A stretch of DNA of 64,000 bases from Sphyrna mokarran. Lineage: Eukaryota. Below are positions 38,047-50,902 of this stretch, one piece after another. Every line of letters starts with the position of its first letter. Within the stretch, counting starts at the first letter, position 1. Location: assembly GCA_024679065.1 (NCBI GenBank), contig JAGIQG010000009.1, positions 102,610,001 through 102,674,000 on the forward strand. Direction: 5' to 3'. The position numbers were made by a program, and so were the translations under genes. Under the pieces are notes generated by a model. It did not search any database. It had not been told where the DNA came from and saw nothing but the letters and a program-made list of their open reading frames with translations.

Positions 38047-38126
38047 GAGCTGAAGGAAACATAATTAAATCCAGCATAGCCACTATTGCAAAAGTGATTC
38101 CAACAAGAAGCACTGCCAACAAGTGA
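38047..38126 (+). CDS. Possible terminal coding exon (GAEGNIIKSSIATIAKVIPTRSTANK*)
   Basis: Strong polypyrimidine tract and TTTAG| acceptor; open in phase 1 to TGA. Confidence 0.4.
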
Positions 38127-40861
38127 GGAACTGTTTTAAATCTGGGAGCACCGCTGCCATCAACAAAGTGCCTTAAATTTGGACTTGAATTATCAGGTGG
38201 CGTGCCGAGCTGACACCTCATGATTTTCCATAAGACATTTGGGCAGAACCAGGCCAATTGGCCCATCGAATCTGCTCCGCCATTCAGTCATGGCTGATAT
38301 TTGCATCCTTGAATATGGAAAGTTCTGAAGGCCAGTTTTTTCTTTATTGTTATCAACAAGTAGGGAGGTGTTAAAGTCCATCATTTTAATAAATTTACGC
38401 TGAATACAATGTTCCTCAGTCTCGAGCTGATTCATTTCCAATGAGTCAAAATTATGTGGCCATCTCGTACAGTCTCCAGGTGACAAATTGTGGTTAAGAA
38501 GTCATCAGTGAGTAATGGTCATTCTACATTATGGAGCAGGATTTTCTGAGATTATCTCTGGGACCTCAGAGGGTGATTTATCAAATATTGTCAGGTACAT
38601 TGGTCAACTTTATAAGGAATGAAATGCCTTGATTCTAATTAGTGCATGTTTGTTGTGATCTGACTCACTCATCACAAGCAGAATCACAAAAGAGCATTAT
38701 GAAAATAGTATGTTCAGCAAAAGGGTGTGTAGGATTATTCTCAGCCCGACAAACCTGATTGAAATGTTTAACATGATTGCTGACTGGAGACACTGGAGAA
38801 GAAACACAGTCAGTTTGATTGATCTGTCACAACAGAGCTGCAAAACTCCAAATGTCACCACTTGTTATCTCAAGGTCGATCTCGTCTTCAAGTTTTTTTG
38901 TGTCCAGATCACCAACAACCTGTCCTGCTTCCCCCATACTGACACTACAGTAAGAAAGCCCACTAACGTCTCTACTTTTTCAGAAGTCTAAGGAAATTTG
39001 GCATGTCTGCTACGACTTTGTCCAACTTACACAGATGCACCAGAGAAAACATTCTTCCGGTTTGATCACAGCTTGGTATGTCTCCTGCCCTGCCCAAGAC
39101 TACAAAAATGACAAAAAGTCGTGACTGTAGCCCAATCCATCACGCAAACCAGCCTCCAATTCATTCACTCTGTCTATACTTTCTGCTACCTCAGCAAAGC
39201 AGCCAACATAATTGAGGGCTCCACTTACCTGAGACATTCTCCCTTCTTCTGTTGGTACCGCAAACAAAAGTTTGAGATACCAATTGACTCAAGAAAAGCT
39301 TCTACATTGCTACTATCAGAATCGACCTACTTTGCGTTAAGTTGATCTTTCTCTACACCCTAGCTACGACTGCAATACTACATTCTGCTGTCTCTTGGTT
39401 CCTTCTCAATGAATGGTATGCTTTGTCTGTACTAGTGCACAAGTAACAAAATTTTTTATTGCATGCTAATACATGTGACAATAATAAATCAAATCAAATC
39501 AATATATCAACTCAGAACAATGATCCGAATTCCAATGTCAAAAACAAGATTTAAAGTTACTGAAGAATCCCGACAATGCATAAGGAGACCTTTCAGCTCA
39601 TCAAACCTGCACTGATAACAATTCCATCCAGGTCTTATCCCCATAATCTCACATATTTACCCTGCTTATCCACTTTACACAAAGGAGCAATTTTGCATGG
39701 CCAATCGACCACATTTTTTTTTGTCTGTGGGAGGAAACCAGAGCATCCGGAGGAAACCCACGCAGGAACAGGGAGAACATGCAAACTCCACACAGACAAT
39801 GACCCAAACCTGGAATCAAACTCAGGTCCCTGGAGCTGTGAGGCAACAGTGCTAACCACTGTGCCAACAGTGATTATGCCTTCAACCAATATTATCAAAG
39901 TAGGTTCAATGGTTATTGATCTCAATCTGCTTTGTGGGATATTACTGATACAAATTCCCCGTATGTTTGCCTATTGAAATACAAAAGTTGCAATTTCATC
40001 TATTTGAAATGCTTGAAATGCTTTTTTGTGTCCTGTGGTTGTGCAAAGTGATTTTCAAATGCACATCTTTCTTAGCACCAGAGCACCTTTGCAATACACC
40101 AGAATCATTGATTTAACCATTTCAGTGAATGACTATTTGGGCAGCATTGCTGTCTCACGGCATCAGGGACCTGGGTTTAATTCTGGCCTTGGGTGACTGT
40201 CTGCATGGAGTTTGCACATTCTCCTCTGTGTCTGAATGGATTTCCTCTGGCTGCTATGGTTTCTTCCTGCAATCCAAAAAGTGAGTTAAGTTGATTGACA
40301 ATGGTAAACCAGCCTCCCATCCATTGACTTTGTCAACACTTCCGACTAACTTGGCAAACGCCAACATAATTAAGGACTCCAAGCATCCTGAGCATTCTCT
40401 CTTCCACATTCTTCGGGAAAAGGATACGAAAGTCTGAGGTCACATATCAACTACCTCAAGGACAACTTCTTCCCTGCTGCCGTCAGATTTCTGAATGAAC
40501 GCATTAAGTTATTTTTCACTACACCCTAGCTAAATCTGTAACGCTACATTCTGCACTCTCTCTCATTTCTTTTCCTATGAAAGGTATTTTTGCCTGTATG
40601 ATGAGAAAGAAATAACATTTTTCATTGTATGTTAATACATATGACAATAATAAATCAAATCAAATCAAAATCAAATCCTTCGTATCAGTGGGACTAGCAG
40701 GTAAATGTATGGTTTTGGAGATAGACCCTGAGTGGAATTGTTATTAGTGCATGCTTGATGGGCTGAACAGCCTCTTTCTGCACTGCAATGATTCTATGAT
40801 TTATAAAATATCTGCCATTGCATTTTAAACTTCAGCCACATCTTCCTGGCCTCTACTGCGA

Positions 40862-41060
40862 AGATGTGGAGATAACGGTGTTGGACTGGGGTGAACACAG
40901 TAAGAAACCTGACAACACCAGGTTTAAGTCCATCCGATTTATTTGATAGTAAACTCGAAAGCTTTGGGAGTTTGACCCTTTGTCAGGTGAATGAAGAGTT
41001 CTGGCCTCAGACAGAGCATATAACAGCACAGATAGTTTACAGATTACTGATGAGAATGTG
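40862..41060 (-). mobile_element. Penelope-like pLTR fragment with a degenerate hammerhead
   Basis: GATGTGGAGAT..TTGGACTGGGGTGAACACAGTAAG..ATTTGATAGTAAAC resembles the other PLE ends. Confidence 0.6.
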
Positions 41061-44000
41061 AATCTTTGCCAATAATACCCATGTCTCAAAAGAATGAAGG
41101 AAAAAACCTCCAAGTCAGGAAGTTTCTTGTTCATGTTCACCTCCAGGAGCTTGGCATCAAATCTAGGCTGACACATCAGTGAAATATTTAGGGAGTGCTG
41201 CACTGCCAGAGATGCGACTTCTAGATAGAGTATAAACCAATTAAATTGATTTGATTCGATGTATTATTATCACGCCTTTTGGGATAGTGAAAAGTTTTGT
41301 TTCTTGTGAGTTATCAGAGACAAAACAGTCATAGAGTACATAGAGAAGAAGGAAAGGATAGAATGTAGAATGTAATGTTGGATTTACCAATAGGGTAAAG
41401 AGAAAGATCAGCATAATATAGGTAAGACCATTCAAAATTCTGATGGCAGCAGGAAAGAAGCTGCTCTAAGTCAGATGGTTCATGACCTCAGATTTTTGTA
41501 CATTTTTCCCGATGGAAGAAGGTAGAAGAGAGTTTGTCCAGGGTGCGTGGGGTCCTTGATAATGTTGGTTGCTTTTATGAGGTAGCGGAAAATGTAGATG
41601 GAGTTAATAGTTAGGAGGCTAGTTTGCATAATGAACTGGGCTACTTTCATAACCCTTTGTAATTTTTTGTGATCTTGGGCAGAGCAAGAGTCATACCAAG
41701 CTGTGTTACATCCTGAATGGATGTTTTTGTTTATACATCTGTAAAAATTGTAGAGTCGTAGTGGACATGCTGAATTCCCTTAGCCTCCTGAGAAAATAGA
41801 GGCGTTAATGGGCCCCAAGACACCATCTGTCTTTTCACATGGACCTAACAGATTCAACTATTCTGCAGATGGGCTGTGAGTGCTACCAGGTTTTGTGCCA
41901 ATGATTGTCTCCCACCCAGTCTCACTGAACTGATTGTTTTGCTATTGCATCAATTCTGTGGGTGGACACTTGGTGCTATACTTCTTGCATAGATGCTATA
42001 AATTATAAAACTACCTCATTGGCAGCAAAGCACTTTGAGATGTCCTGAAGCTATGAAATCTACTTGTCATGTTTCTATATCTGTCTCTGATTTCCATGCA
42101 TCCCTGTCTCCAGAGTTGAAGGCATTCAGATTCTTGTGACTGTGGTAACGGTGGGTATTCCAAAGACTCTTTTCTCCTTTGGAATTCCTCTCCACAGTCA
42201 CAGTTGACAAATTTAATTTGGACATATCCCACGACTGCAAAAAAGGGGCTTGCAGAAGCCAACAACCATCCTGAGACACAGCCAACTAGGCCATGTTCAC
42301 TGGCTTTTTATCTGAGTCATGAGAGAAGTTGTAGTCTAGGTTGCTGTGGACCTCAGAGGGGAATTTGCAGGCGGTGGTGTTCCCATGCCCTTGCTACTTG
42401 TCTTTCTAGATGGTACAATTTGTAAGACTGGAAAACGCTGTCAAAGCAGGCTTGGTGAACTGCTGCAGTGCACTGTGTCGATGAAATATACTGCAGCAGG
42501 ATGGCAGAGTGGTTTACACTGTTGCCTCTCAGCTTCAGAGACTGGAGCTCAATTCTCCTCTTGTGTGGTTGTCTATGTGGGTCTGCACATTCTCCCAATG
42601 TCTGCATGGGTATCCTTCAGATGCTCCAGTCTCTTTCTCAGAATTAAAAGATTTGCAAGTTAGTTGGATTAACCATACTAAATTGTTCCTGCATGTTCCA
42701 AGGTGTGGAGATAAGAAGGATTAGTCAGGTAAACAAATGGGATTTAAGGGGATTGAGGGTTATAGATAGGCCTAGTAGGTAGGGATATGATCAGGCATTG
42801 TAACTGAAGAAGGAAGATCAAAGATCTTGCTCGGAATTGGAAGTTTGTGTCATGTTTGTTACCAAGACTCATGATATATAAACGCCCACTTGTGTTTGTG
42901 TTCCTTGAGAAGCCTAGCAGTCCTTGTTTGGAACCAATTTCTCCCAAAGCTCTGGAATAAAAGCCAGGGCTTTGAAATAAAAAATCACTGTATTTTGACT
43001 CACCAGCAGTCTCAGAAGTATTATTTTAACTACAACAGTGTCATTTGTAAACTTACGAACCATGCTTCCTATATTTTGCATAAAATGACAACTGTCCACC
43101 CTCATAGTCTAGGAAATCTCCGATCTTCCAAGAATTTGCACTCAGGGTGAGGCGGGTCCAAGAGGCGGAGATGGAGGCAAAATAACCTCTTTCAGGAATC
43201 AGCTCCACAATCCAGAACCCGGTCTCATGTCTCAGGGAGATAAACCCTTTCCTGTTCGCAGAACTCTCGGACCATCTCCAGAATCTATTCTGTGTTTCCC
43301 CCGCCTGCACCTTCCAGTAATCATTAAATCTTACAGTGCAGAAGGAGGCCATTTGGCCCATTGAGTCTGCACTAACCAGGATCTTGCCAAGGCCCTATTT
43401 TCGTAACCGCACACATTTATGCTCATCCCTCTGATGCCAGGCTCAATTTTTAGGATAGCCAATCAACCTAACGTGCACAACTTTGGATTATGGGAGGCAA
43501 CCAGAGCACCCAGAGGAAACACACACAGACACGGGGAGAATATGCAAACTCCACACAGACAATGCCCAAGGGCGGAATCGAACCTGGATCTCTGATGTTG
43601 TGAGGCAGCAGTGCTAACCACTGTGTCACTGTGCAGCATTCCAGACATTTCCTTTTGTTTTTCTTTTGATTTTCCTTAAAATTCTGCTTCTCTAATGTCT
43701 GTATGGCTCCCTGATGAACAATGATAATCAATGTTTCCCAGAATGACAAATGAGACCAGTCCAGTCTCCTGGAGCAATTCTACTTCTGATTCTGAGATTA
43801 GTGCTCTATTCCTCTGGTTATACCGATATCTTCGCTGCTTTGACAGATGGCGGACTTCAAACATTTACACAGAAAAACCCACAGAAAGTGAAATATGAGA
43901 GTGGAGAGAGTCCTGACAGTTAACAACCAACAATGCAAGTATTTCATTTGGGATCATGGAGCCCGTTTAGTTTATTTATAACCGGATTCATAACTAGGAA

Positions 44001-44271
44001 AATTAATATGGGTTTTAATGGGATTAATGGAGTCTATTATTTCTCTCCATGTTGTACTGTAAAGGACCTTTGAACTTTCCAATAGACAAGGTAGCAGCAG
44101 ATATGGAGAGTGAGTAATTCACTAATCCTGCACGTGTTAAAACAATGATGTTGTAAATCTGTCTTTATTAGAATATTTTCAAACTTGTTATGATGAGGTT
44201 TTCAGCTCTTTTGATGATTGAGAGAGTGCACCAAGTGAAATGCTAATCTTGTTTTACTTAACTGAGAAAGA

Positions 44272-44420
44272 TTACAATCAATGATAATTTCTGCTGCGCT
44301 GACATTATCTATTCTTGGTGTAACCTTTCAACTCTACAAAACATGTAAGCAATGATGGTAGACGTTGTTTCAAATATATTATAAGGGGCACATGTGCTAT
44401 GAGTAGAAACCTTGACTGGG
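44272..44420 (+). pseudogene. Orphan duplicate of the TM5 exon 3' part plus downstream intron
   Basis: LQSMIISAALTLSILGVTFQLYKT then T|GTAAGC; similarity to 33533-33680 continues into the intron (AGAAACCTTGACTG); no clear acceptor. Confidence 0.75.
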
Positions 44421-46390
44421 CCTTTCACTTCAGTTACACATGATAAATAGCCAGGAAATGTGGCACAGTGGTTAGCACTGCTGCTTCACAGCGCTGGGGA
44501 TCTGGGTTCAATTTCAGACTTGGGTCACTGTGCTGAGCCTGTACATCTTCCCTGTCTCTGCATGGGTTTTCTCCAGGCACTCGTTTCCTCCCACAATCTG
44601 AAAGATGTGCTGGCGTTAGGAGCATTGGCCGTGCTAAATTCTCCCTCAGTTTACCTGAAGGGATGGAGATGGGGTGTGATGACTAGAGGATTTTCACAGT
44701 AACTTCATTGCAGTATTAATGTAAACCTACTTGTGACACTGATAATAATAACAACTTGGGAATTCAAGGGCATAGATTGGAAACACTCAAGTCCTGAAAA
44801 AAAATGTGCCAAACCTGATAATGGAATTGTTAACAAGACTTTATACACTTCCTCTCTATTTCTCTATCTTGATTTAAAATTCTCCAAAATCCATTTCTGT
44901 CATCCAGATTAATATTTTCTTTTTTGTCTCTTTGTCAATTTTCTTTATAATGCTCTTGTGAATTTCCTTTAGGGCATCACGTTACATTAAAAGTATCGTA
45001 TAAATACAAGTGTACATTGTTGTGGTTGTTAAGAACTTCAACGGGGCACAGGAAGTTGGCTTCCTGTAGTATGAACTCCCTGACAGAGGTGGTAATCAGT
45101 GATTCTCATCTGTATATAAAACTGGGAGTGTCAGGTCTCCTGGCACTGCGGATTCTGGCTGCTTACCTGAAGCAGACTTTTGAGTGGAATAGAGTTTGTA
45201 GATAAAGTGAATCTGGTGAGGGAACAGCGGCCCACAAGGAGCTATTTCACAGAACCAGTTTGTATTTAGAATAAAAATAAAGTCCGTAAATGTGTGAAGT
45301 TATTGGGTTGTTCAGACTCTGTGCACATGACCCGCTCCTTGGAAACATCAGCTGTGTGGTTTTTACAGGATGAGTGGGAAGTCACAGACACAAACAGCCA
45401 ACGTTACTTCCGGCCTGGAAATCAGTTTGTATTGTTTACACTTTACCAGGTTCCACTATTGTAGAACCGTTACGTTAAATCACTGTAATAAAGGCAGGCA
45501 TTACAAAACTTTTGCCCCGAACTAACAGAATCATGGAATTCCTACAGTGCAAAAGGAGGCCAATTGGCCCATCGACTCTGCACCAATAACAATCCCATCC
45601 AAACCCTTTCCCTAACATTTATCCTGCCAGTCCCCCAGTCACTAAGGGGCAATTTAGCATGGCCACTCCACAAACCTGCACATCTTTGGACTGTGACAGG
45701 AAAGCCACACAGACACAGGAGAATGTAGAAGCTCCACACAGACAGGTACAGGATTTGAACACAGGTCCCTGGTGCTGTGAGGCAGCAGTACTAACCACTG
45801 TGCGGCATCAAAAATGTGATGCTGAACATGGGGCTCTTGATTAAAAGTCTCGTGCTTTACCAACTGCGCTAGGTGGGCTTTGTCGACTGAGATAGCTGGA
45901 CTGTTCCGGCTGAGTTAGCTGGGCTCGACCAGGCAGTTGGTGGAGTTTTGGTGGCCCAATAAACGGCTATTTAATGTTGTGACAACAACTACTTAAATAA
46001 ATCACAATATCAGTTCACTGAGTTTATTTTACCAAATGGCAGAGTTTCAGTGAAGAACGTGTCCTATCTTCTCTTCTGACAAAACCTTCTCCTGAAAGAA
46101 ATGGATGAGGAACAGTGAGGGTAACAGTGACAAGTTTCAGGAGGAGTTCAACACACTGGTGAAATCCGAGCAGACTCGGAACAGATGAGATTTCACACGA
46201 AAGTGTAAGGTGATGCATTTGGAATGAAGATTGTGGAGAGTCAAATAAACTGGAATTGAACATCAGTCTCCACTCACAGACACAGAGGCTGGAATTATAC
46301 TGCTCCATCCACCAAGGGCATCAGAGCGGGTGGGAGAGGGGGGCAGACAATAAAATGGTCCATTTACCTCAAGCAGGATTTCATGGTTTC

Positions 46391-46626
46391 AAAGAACAAA
46401 GAGCAAAACAGCACGGGAAACAGGCCGTTTGGCCCAACGAGCCCGCGCCGCCACCCCGATGTTCCCACTTCTACCTGTGATCCCTGTCTATGCTTATAGA
46501 TCTATGGATTAAAAACCAAATTTGAGACAATTTAGGGAGAATTTGTTTTGCCAATTAGCGTAAGAGCACATCTTTGAGATGTGGGACGAAACCGGAGCAC
46601 CCGGAGAAAACCCACACCAGCACAGG
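46391..46626 (-). mobile_element. 3' end of the composite-UTR CR1 family
   Basis: Near-identical to 26680-26917 and 55393-55635. Confidence 0.85.
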
Positions 46627-49600
46627 TCTGTATATTTTATCAATATATGTCACACTGCAATTCAACCTTTGGAGCTGATAAAATATTATTAGAAATTAAC
46701 ATTATCTGTATCATTATCTGTATCTGTATTATCTCTGTATCAGGCTGTGTGTCTAGTCAATCATGAAATCTTTTCTTAAATGAATTAAAGCAAGATAATT
46801 AGTCATAATGTACAGAGGATTTTTGCTATGAATCAATTGGTTACATAAATAAAGTCTGAGTGACACTACTCCACAAGTGTAGGCCTCCATGAAAATAACC
46901 AAAGTTATTTATCAATTACATCAACGGAAAAAAAATCAGGGATCAATTATAACAGGTCACAGGAAAAGGCCATTTAGTCCATTGTGTGTGCACTGGCTTT
47001 CTGAATGGCATCGTGACTTAGTTCCAATTGCCCTGCTTTTTCCCTGTGGCCCTGCACATTGTTTTTGTTCAAATAATCATCTAATGGCCTCTTAAATACC
47101 TCGATTGAACTTGCCTGCGTCATACTTACAGGTTGAGCAATTCAGACCTGAACCCACTCATTGTGGAAAACTTTTTATCTCACATCACATTTGATGAGCC
47201 CTGAAAATGGAACTGTGAGCTTCTTATCTTTCTCTAATTAGCTGGCTATCTGATGCTTAACAATACCCACCACTGTTAGAACTGCAATCTAATCAAGCTA
47301 TTGAAAATCCAGTTTCTGGAATGCATACACACTTCCCATAGCAACACATTCATTTACCCAAGCCCAGAGAACTTAAGCTTAGGCTGGCAAGACTAAGAAC
47401 ATTCAAGAATACCGATGATCACGACTGTTGCTTATTCCATGCAGCTTACCAACAATAACTTAAAAGATAAAAGTTTATTTATTAGTCACAAGTAAAGCTT
47501 ACATTAATACTGCAATGAAGTTACTGTGAAATTCCTACTTGCAATTTTATGGTGCCATCAAGGAAGATGTTAAGAACATTAGAAATAGGAGCAGGAGACA
47601 CTCATACGACTCTTTGCATCTGCTCCACTACTTGATATGATCATGGTTGATCTTCTGTCTCAGTTCTACTTTCTTCCTGAGTCCCTAAGTGACAAAAGAA
47701 TCTGTACCTAACGTTTAAATATATTCACAGATAAAGCATCCACAATTCTGGAGTAGAGGATCCCAAAGAGATCCTTTCTAATCTGTGTCCTAAATGATCA
47801 TCCCCCTCATTCTGAGATTGCCTCAGAATGTGCAAAGCCGTAAAATCCCACTCGATGACTCACCATAACAGGTACACCCACACACTCACAATATAGAACT
47901 GGAACTGATTACAGTGGAAGTTCCAGGACAGAATTAAACTTGGGCAACACACAAATAATCATAAAGCGAGTGTGAAATTTGAGAAAACTCATTTTAAGGA
48001 GATTAAAGGTATTCCCGGGAATCTGCAGACAGTATGGGAGCCCTTAGTTCAAAGACAACATTCAGGGACAAGAAATTCTACTCAATTCTCCTTCAGTGTA
48101 CCTGAACTGGTGCTGGAGTGAGGCGACTAGGGGTTTTCACCTTAACTTCATTGCAGTGTTAATGTAAGTCTACTTGTGACTAATAAATAAACTTTTAACT
48201 TTACTATTTTTAAGTAAACTCTACATTAATACCATAGCTATCTCCATTTATTGACTGTGTGAAATTTCACTGCACTGACCTGCAATATATTGCCTCACCT
48301 TCAGAAATATCAGCTGGTTTTTTTGCTTCATCTGCTTCTGCAACTTTGAGACTTTCTCCTCAATCGAATTTAAATTCACTTCAATTTCTCAAATGTTTCT
48401 TTCCATTAGTTCTCAAATTCCCTCCTCTCCTTCTCTGAGGCCTGTGAGTATGGCGGCAAGGTGATACAGTGGTTAGCACTGCTGCCTTACAGCACCAGTG
48501 ACCCGGGTTCGATTCTTGCCTCGGTCACTGTCTGTGTAGTTTCCACATTCTCCCTGTGTCTGCGTGGGTCTCCTCGGGGTGCTCCGGTTTCCTCCCACAG
48601 TTCACTCATGTGCAGGTTAGATTGATTGGCTATGATAAATTGACCTAGTGTCAGGAAATTAGCAGGGTAAATATGTAGGGCTATGGGAATAGGATCTGGG
48701 TGGGAATGGTCTCTTTCTGCACTGCTTTTTCTCAGTGAGAACCTGGTGCATTTTAGTGAACTGGGATGCAGATAGGAAATATACAGTGAATGGCAGAACC
48801 CTTAAGAGTATTGATAGGTAAAGGGATCTGGGTGTACAGGTACACAGATCACTGAAAGTGGCAATGCAGTTGGAGAAAGTGCTCAAGAAGACATATGGCA
48901 TGTTTGCCTTCATTGGCTAGAGTATTGAGTTTAAAAATTGACAAGTCATGTTGCAGCTTTATAAAACCTGATAGAAGTCTACAACATTATGTGAGGCATG
49001 GACAGAATGGATAGTCAGAAGCTTTCTCCCAGGGTGGAAGAGTCAATTACTAGGGGGACCAGGTTTAAGGTGCGAGGGGCAAGGTTTAAAAGAGATGTAG
49101 GAGGCAGATGTTTTACACAGAAAGTAGTGGGTGCCTAGAATTTGTTGCCAGGGGAGGTAGTGGAAACAGATATGGTAATGACTTTTAAGAGGCATCTTGA
49201 CAAGTACATAAATGAGATGGGAGTGGAGGGATATGGTCACTGGAAGGGTAGAGAGTTTTAATTAAGTCAGGCAGTATGGTCGGTGCAGGCTTGGAAGGCC
49301 AAAGGGCCTGTTCCTGTGCTGTAATTTTCTTTGTTTCTTTCTTCTTCGATGTGAAGTGGATCTGCAGGCTGCTTGACTGTTCCTACCAAATGAAATGTGA
49401 AACATAATTCATGTCCCACGATAAAGGGAACAAAATTAACCAAGATTCCAGAAAGTCAGCACAGGGATGCCTTTTCGTTCTGTTTCCGTTCCGTTTCTAG
49501 GTCAGCCGATTTCTTCTCTGTGACAGAATCTAAGGACAATTTCACCTGATCCTGAGGAAACAAAAAAGATGCAGAATAAATATTTATTTATCAGTCACAA

Positions 49601-50902
49601 GTAAGGCAATGACTGTGAAAATCCCCCAGTTGCCACACTCTGGCGCCTGTTTGGGTACAGCGAGGGAAAATTTAGCATGGCCAATGCACTTAACCAGGAC
49701 GTCTTTTGAACTGTGGGAGGAAATCGGAGTATCTGGAGACCCAAGCAGACACGGGAAGAATGTGTAGACTCCACACAAACAGTGACCCAAGCTGGGAATC
49801 GAATCCAGATACTGGCAGCACTACTAACCAATTCATTGGTACATCACATTGCAATAAAATAATCCACTGATAAAATATGTCTTCTTCCACTTTGTAGATT
49901 TCGGCAGCTTCTTAATCGGGATGAAACAGTGCTCGCTGTGTGTTCTGATGAATCTTTACAAATCAGACAGATTCACAAAATAGCTTCAATTTTTCCTGAT
50001 GTTCCTCACAGTGACGTTCCTTCACTTTTGGATCCAAGTCTATTTTCTAAGCTTTCTTGGCCAGATTCGCGAAGGTCCGATTTCCCTTGAGGTCTCTTTG
50101 CAGACACTCCTGTCTACATTCTGAGCAGGAGTTTATCTCCTTAGTTTCCCAACACTGGGTGATACAGGAGCGGCAGAAGTTGTGTCCACAATCCAGCGTT
50201 ACCGGCTTGGTGAAGAAATCGAGGCAAATGGGGCACTCTGCCTCCTTGGTCCAACTCTCTTTGAGTTGGCTGGAAGGCATCTTCAGATTCAGTACTCCCT
50301 GATTCAAACTGCTCTCAATTTCACTGTTGCTACCGAACAGTCTTTTTCCTAAATACTCCATTATCCAATCTTGAGATTTTCACACTGAAGAAAGAAACTC
50401 AAACAATTTAAAGGATAATGAAGGGGAGAAGAGGGAAGGCAGGGGAGCAGTGGTATTGTCGCTGGACTATTAGTCAATGACGCAGGTAATGCTCTGGGTT
50501 TGTAATCAGCATGGTGGAACAGTGCTTAGCACTGCTGCCTCCCAGCACCAGGAACACGGGCTTCTTGGATTAGGTCAGTGCCTGTAAGGAGTCTACGCAT
50601 TCCCCTCATGTCTGTGTGCATTTCCTCAGGATGCTCCAGTTTCCCCCCACAGTCTGAAAGATGTGCCAAGTAGATGCATTGGCTATGCTAAATTCTCCCT
50701 CACTGTACCTGAACATGCGCTGGAGTGTGGTGACTAGGGGACTTTCTCAGTAACTTCATTGCAGTATTAATGTAAGCCTACTTGTGAAAGTAATAAATAA
50801 GTTTTAGAAAACAGCAGTGAGTTTAGACTGGACGGAAGTGCAATGAAATCTCAATCCCGCCCATCTCCTGATTTCTCTATCCCTGTCTAAATCCCATTGT
50901 CA

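Larger units (their letters stand above)
42950..50280 (-). pseudogene. TRIM pseudogene (RING, B-box, coiled coil, B30.2; TRIM39/A33-like)
   Basis: [21 protein letters not shown] then TAG at 50047; frameshifted B-box (CEEHQEKLKLFCE) to ~49891; coiled-coil exons at ~49460-49551 and 48299-49382 (stops, split by a CR1 and a SINE); linker exon GKFKGPLQY..WREIIDSI at ~44015-44128; SPRY fragment YWKVQ..GFW..DYEGGQLSFY at 42950-43322. Confidence 0.88.

Noticed and set aside
46060-46260. Possible extra coding exon
   Set aside because: Contains stops and resembles a decayed CR1 RT segment (AAGTGTAAGGTGATGCATTT).
50047-50361. Intact short RING-only protein
   Set aside because: The TAG is premature; B-box, coiled-coil and SPRY relics with further stops and TE insertions continue downstream.
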